This document shows positions 16,151 to 20,000 of a DNA stretch of 20,000 nt, piece by piece (positions within the stretch are counted from its first letter, which is position 1; every line of letters begins with the position of its first letter). Under the pieces are notes generated by a model that ran no database searches, was not told the DNA's origin, and worked only from the letters and a program-made list of their open reading frames with translations. The stretch is from an uncultured virus (IMG/VR IMGVR_UViG_3300021093_000053) (Duplodnaviria > Heunggongvirae > Uroviricota > Caudoviricetes): IMG/VR virus record IMGVR_UViG_3300021093_000053; one strand, written 5' to 3'. The translations under genes and the position numbers were made by a program.

Positions 16151-18529
16151 ATGGATAATTTTTTTGATAAGTCATTACATTTTTTAGGTAAAGTAGAAAA
16201 TAATATCACCGCATTAAACATTGGTTCGATGGATGGTGTAATGTTTGATGAAATGATTGGATACACTAATATGTATAACTTTAGTGTTTTATATGTAGAA
16301 CCCATACCTTATCTTTTTGATAGATTACAAGAAAACATTAAATCTGAAAATGCTTTGTTTGAAAATAGTGCAATATCAGATTATAATGGTTCTATTGAAA
16401 TGGTGACTATCGATAGGGAAGTAATTGATAGTGGCTTAGTCCATAGTTGTTTTTACGGTATGAGTGCGGTTTATCCACCTAAAAATGGTTTAGGTAGTGA
16501 GTTTGATAGACTCACAGTTGAGAAATATGGTAAATTAGTAAAGGTTCCATGTATTACATTTGAGACTTTATTGGTAAAACATAAACTTAATAACTTTGAC
16601 ATTCTCAAGATAGATGCTGAAGGTCATGATTATAAAATTTTTAAACAAATTGATTTAAAAAAATATACACCTAAAGTTATAAGATTAGAATGGATTAATT
16701 TAGAAGAATCAGAACAAAATGATATTATAAATATTTTTAATGAAAATAATTATGTTTATGAAATTTCTGACCAAGATATTGTAGGTATACCTAAAAATTT
16801 TTATGATGAACTTAAAAATCAATATACTGAACCCATTAATTTAAACAATGGACCAAACATTACTTTAGTTACGGGGTTATGGGATTTAGGTAGAAATAAT
16901 TTAACCGAAGGATGGTCAAGGTCATACGAAAATCATTATTTAACAAAGTTTGATGAATTATTAAAAATCGAGAACAATTTAATAATTTTTGGTGATTCAG
17001 AATTAGAAAAATTTGTTTGGGAAAGAAGAAGTCACAATAACACCCAATTTATAAACAGAGATTTAGATTGGTTTAGAAACAATGAATTCTACTACAAAAT
17101 TCAAAAAATAAGAACGAATCCTGAATGGTATAATCAATCAGGTTGGATTCCAGATTCTACACAAGCAAAATTAGAAATGTATAACCCTCTTGTTATGGGT
17201 AAAATGTTTTTATTACACGACGCAAAAATTCTCGACAAGTTTAATTCCGATTACATGTTTTGGATTGATGCGGGTTTAACAAATACGGTAAACCAAGGAT
17301 ATTTTACTCACGATAAAGTTATCAATAAATTACCAAAACTAACCAATAAATTTACATTCATCACTTTCCCATATGAAACTAATTCTGAAATTCATGGTTT
17401 TACATTTGATAAGATATGTGAATTTGCAGGTGATAAAGTAAACAAAGTTGCTAGAGGAGGATTTTTTGGGGGTCCTAAAGAAACCATAACCGAGTCTAAT
17501 AATTTATATTACCAATTACTTTCTCAAACATTATCTAATGGATATATGGGTACTGAAGAAAGTATATTTACAATTATGATATACAAATACCCACAATTAT
17601 TTAATTATAGTGAGATTGAGGGTAACGGATTAGTATGGTTATTTTTTGAGAATTTGAAAAAAGAAACATTAAATCTTAAAAGTGAAAAATCAAATAACGA
17701 AATTATAAAAATAAAAGATTTGAGTAAAGTAGGTTTATATGTTATTGGGTTTAATAGTCCAAAACAATTCGAGACTTTAATTTTTTCAATGAAAAAATAC
17801 GACCAAAATTTCATTGACAAACCTAAGAAATTTTTATTAGACAACTCAACTGATTTATCAACAACTGAAAAATATTTGTATTTGTGTAAGGAGTATGGTT
17901 TTGAACATATTAAAAAAGATAATCTTGGTATTTGTGGTGGTCGACAATATATTGCTGAACATTTTGAAAATACCGATTTAGAATATATGTTCTTTTTCGA
18001 GGACGATATGTTCTTTTATCCTAAGAAAGGTGAATTATGTCGAAACGGATTTAATAGATATGTGAGTGATTTATATACCAAATCATTAAAGATTATTGAT
18101 AGTGAAAACTTAGATTTTTTAAAATTGAATTTTAGTGAATTCTACGGAGACAACTCTACACAGTGGAGTTGGTACAATGTTCCTCAAACGGTAAGAGAAG
18201 AATTATGGCCAGATAATAAAAAATTACCTGTACAAGGATTAGACCCAAATGCACCAAGAACTAAATTCGAATCAATTAAGTGTATAGACGGAATACCGTA
18301 CTCAATTGGTGAAGTTTATTATTGTAATTGGCCACAAATAGTCTCCAAAAAAGGAAATTATAAAATGTTTTTAGAAACTAAATGGGGTCATCCATTTGAG
18401 CAGACGTGGATGAGTTACATTCATCAAGAAACGGTCAAAGGTAAAATTAAATCAGGTATATTATTATTAACTCCAACAGAACATGATAGATTTGACCATT
18501 ACGATGGTTCATTAAGAAAAGAAAGTTAA
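16151..18529 (+). CDS. Three-domain fusion: FkbM-family methyltransferase + HtrL/YibB (WlaTC)-family glycosyltransferase + GT-A-like domain (792 aa)
   Basis: FkbM: NIGSMDG, YVEP, ENSAISD, ILKIDAEGHD. HtrL: ITLVTGLWDLGR, RSYE..Y, YNPLVMGKMFLL, FWIDAG. C-terminal GT-A-like: NLGICGGRQ, YMFFFEDD. Confidence 0.75.
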   Translation: MDNFFDKSLHFLGKVENNITALNIGSMDGVMFDEMIGYTNMYNFSVLYVEPIPYLFDRLQENIKSENALFENSAISDYNGSIEMVTIDREVIDSGLVHSCFYGMSAVYPPKNGLGSEFDRLTVEKYGKLVKVPCITFETLLVKHKLNNFDILKIDAEGHDYKIFKQIDLKKYTPKVIRLEWINLEESEQNDIINIFNENNYVYEISDQDIVGIPKNFYDELKNQYTEPINLNNGPNITLVTGLWDLGRNNLTEGWSRSYENHYLTKFDELLKIENNLIIFGDSELEKFVWERRSHNNTQFINRDLDWFRNNEFYYKIQKIRTNPEWYNQSGWIPDSTQAKLEMYNPLVMGKMFLLHDAKILDKFNSDYMFWIDAGLTNTVNQGYFTHDKVINKLPKLTNKFTFITFPYETNSEIHGFTFDKICEFAGDKVNKVARGGFFGGPKETITESNNLYYQLLSQTLSNGYMGTEESIFTIMIYKYPQLFNYSEIEGNGLVWLFFENLKKETLNLKSEKSNNEIIKIKDLSKVGLYVIGFNSPKQFETLIFSMKKYDQNFIDKPKKFLLDNSTDLSTTEKYLYLCKEYGFEHIKKDNLGICGGRQYIAEHFENTDLEYMFFFEDDMFFYPKKGELCRNGFNRYVSDLYTKSLKIIDSENLDFLKLNFSEFYGDNSTQWSWYNVPQTVREELWPDNKKLPVQGLDPNAPRTKFESIKCIDGIPYSIGEVYYCNWPQIVSKKGNYKMFLETKWGHPFEQTWMSYIHQETVKGKIKSGILLLTPTEHDRFDHYDGSLRKES

Positions 18530-18552
18530 TCAGTTTATTTTATAGTACCAAA

Positions 18553-18560
18553 GTATTTAT
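18553..18560 (+). promoter_or_regulatory. GTATTTAT motif (candidate late promoter) upstream of the BppU-like gene
   Basis: Same octamer as at 2769-2795, 16 nt before ATG 18577, in a 47-nt intergenic gap. Confidence 0.5.
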
Positions 18561-18576
18561 AAGATAAAAAGATTAG

Positions 18577-20000
18577 ATGGAATTCTTTATTAAGAAAAAT
18601 GCAACATTACCCATATTAAAATTACAGGTAGTAAAGGACGGTAGAAGTGATTATGATAACTTTATGAAGACCATAGAGTTGTCCGCCATCTTCTTTTCTA
18701 TGGTTGATGTTGAATCAGGTATTCCTAAAATTTCATCGAGACCTGCAGGATTTGTTGAGAAGGAGTTTATTGAACCGAATGCAGAACCCGAGTACTACAT
18801 ATATTACCAATTCCAAAATAGAGATACTAATAAAGTAGGTAGATATGAAGGTCAATTTATGTTAAGAACCGATGATGGTGTCTTAATATTACCTATCAGA
18901 GAAAAATTATTTATTAATATACAAGAATCATTTATTGCGAATGATTTACCTTATGAAAGTTGTTATACTTCGGAATTCCCTTGTTGTGTTAATCATCCTT
19001 ATATAACAACCACAACCACAACCACAACACCTTGCCCTAGTTGTCCTACATGCCCTGAGCCAACACCTACACCAATAACCACAACTACAACAACTATAGA
19101 ACCAATAACCACAACTACAACAACTATAGAACCAATAACCACAACTACAACAACTATAGAACCAATAACCACAACTACAACAACATTTCCACTATCTGTT
19201 ATTTTAGATGTTAATATTAATCCAGGGTCAATAATTATTGATTATAATTTGACATCAAATCAAGTTTATTATGAAGAAATAAGTATGAGTTTTACTCATA
19301 TATTAGGTACAACAGAAACGTCAATAACAATTGTTACAGGTGTAACAATTCCTATTGGTTATACGACAGGGAATACCCAAGTAATTATAAATGAAGATTT
19401 TAACATATTAACTAAAAACGATTCTTTTGGTAATTTCATAGTCAACCCTCCATCATTAGATTGGGTCGTGTATGAAAATTATCCGACACCTACACCAACT
19501 GTAACCCCAACTTTGACACCAACACCTACCAAAACAGTTACTCCGACAATTAGTGTTACACCTACACTTACAACCACACCGACTGCCACTTTGACGCCAA
19601 CAGTTACACCAACCTTAACACCTACAAACACACCTACTAATACACCAACATTAACTCCTACTGAAACACCTACTAATACTCCGACTAACACTCCTACAGA
19701 AACGCCTACTTTAACACCAACGAATACCCCTACTATTACCCCAACACCATCACCATTACCCCAACTACCAATATTGGTCGATAACTGGGATACTTTATTG
19801 AACTACTCTATAACGGGAGTGACCTTAAATTACGTGACACCAACAAATACCGGTGGGTCAAACTTCCCTCTTGATGGTTATCCTAATGTGAATTATGAAG
19901 GTACGTTTGTATCTACCGAATCTAATCCATTAACAATTCAAGTAGGGTATAATAGCTCAACATTTGTTCCTGGTATGTATATACAGGTGAGTCACTCAAG
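18577..20000 (+). CDS. BppU-like (baseplate upper protein) N-terminal domain followed by Thr/Pro stalks and beta-rich domains; runs off the right edge (not in the ORF track)
   Basis: Open frame from ATG 18577 to the window end: [22 protein letters not shown]...FFSMVD...[19 protein letters not shown]...LILP (BppU-like F.IK...P / Y.....DT...G.Y.G.F). Then [10 protein letters not shown], poly-Thr, [10 protein letters not shown] repeats, a beta domain and a TPT stalk. Confidence 0.75.
   Translation, partial: MEFFIKKNATLPILKLQVVKDGRSDYDNFMKTIELSAIFFSMVDVESGIPKISSRPAGFVEKEFIEPNAEPEYYIYYQFQNRDTNKVGRYEGQFMLRTDDGVLILPIREKLFINIQESFIANDLPYESCYTSEFPCCVNHPYITTTTTTTTPCPSCPTCPEPTPTPITTTTTTIEPITTTTTTIEPITTTTTTIEPITTTTTTFPLSVILDVNINPGSIIIDYNLTSNQVYYEEISMSFTHILGTTETSITIVTGVTIPIGYTTGNTQVIINEDFNILTKNDSFGNFIVNPPSLDWVVYENYPTPTPTVTPTLTPTPTKTVTPTISVTPTLTTTPTATLTPTVTPTLTPTNTPTNTPTLTPTETPTNTPTNTPTETPTLTPTNTPTITPTPSPLPQLPILVDNWDTLLNYSITGVTLNYVTPTNTGGSNFPLDGYPNVNYEGTFVSTESNPLTIQVGYNSSTFVPGMYIQVSHS
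19071..19184 (+). repeat. Perfect 30-nt tandem repeat, 3.8 copies ([10 protein letters not shown])
   Basis: ACCAATAACCACAACTACAACAACTATAGA at 19071, 19101 and 19131, and a partial copy at 19161. Confidence 0.95.

Noticed and set aside
11327..18529. Bacterial LPS/capsule locus or DNA-glucosylation system as the explanation for the GT cluster
   Set aside because: No Wzx/Wzy/ABC exporter, initiating phosphoglycosyl transferase, membrane protein or base-hydroxymethylase gene is present, and the context is phage structural genes. Not formally excluded without experiments.
19071..19184. 30-nt direct repeats of CRISPR-like length
   Set aside because: Head-to-tail copies with no spacers; they encode [10 protein letters not shown] within the 18577 ORF.
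10144..19691. Short alternative ORFs 10144..10353, 10957..11217, 11026..11211, 11700..11885, 11892..12086, 12305..12499, 17605..17844 and 19479..19691
   Set aside because: All are nested in longer genes; they mostly have non-ATG starts or shadow-like composition and no independent support.
1..20000. Stop-codon reassignment, as seen in some huge phages
   Set aside because: Genes are full length and tightly packed under code 11, and TGA ends 12575..13510 in a normal ATGA overlap. No TAG stop is used by the called genes, but no in-frame TAG interrupts them either, so there is no positive evidence.
1..20000. Eukaryotic or giant-virus (NCLDV) origin suggested by mucin, GT60 and papain domains
   Set aside because: Overlapping operonic genes, intrinsic terminators, a WYL domain, a BppU-like domain and the lack of signal peptides or introns favour a bacteriophage. 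No hallmark capsid or terminase gene is in the window, so the call remains an inference.

Overview
AT-rich, densely coding window (standard code, almost all stops TAA) that reads as part of a large tailed-phage (jumbo/huge phage) genome. A-rich translation starts without Shine-Dalgarno motifs suggest a Bacteroidota host. Left: a minus-strand operon of five small proteins, including a stand-alone WYL-domain protein, ending at an intrinsic terminator, then the 5' end of a probable glycosyltransferase. A divergent plus-strand block follows: (i) a LamG-like/Cys-rich protein with a C-terminal papain-family (C1A) protease, (ii) a small Pro/Thr-rich protein, (iii) a 1666-aa mucin-like protein with very long (Thr-X)n tandem repeats between Cys-rich modules, (iv) five tightly coupled genes for soluble glycosylation enzymes (GT60-like GlcNAc transferase, GT90-like, NodZ/GT23-like fucosyltransferase, DUF6165-GT-A-O-methyltransferase fusion, FkbM-HtrL-GT-A fusion), and (v) a BppU-like baseplate protein with Thr/Pro stalks that runs off the window and is missing from the ORF track. 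The most notable inference is a phage-encoded mucin-type O-glycosylation system: a candidate initiating peptide GlcNAc transferase plus extension and methyl-capping enzymes sit directly between their probable Thr-rich virion substrates. All family calls come from motifs recognised by eye and need HMM or structure confirmation.
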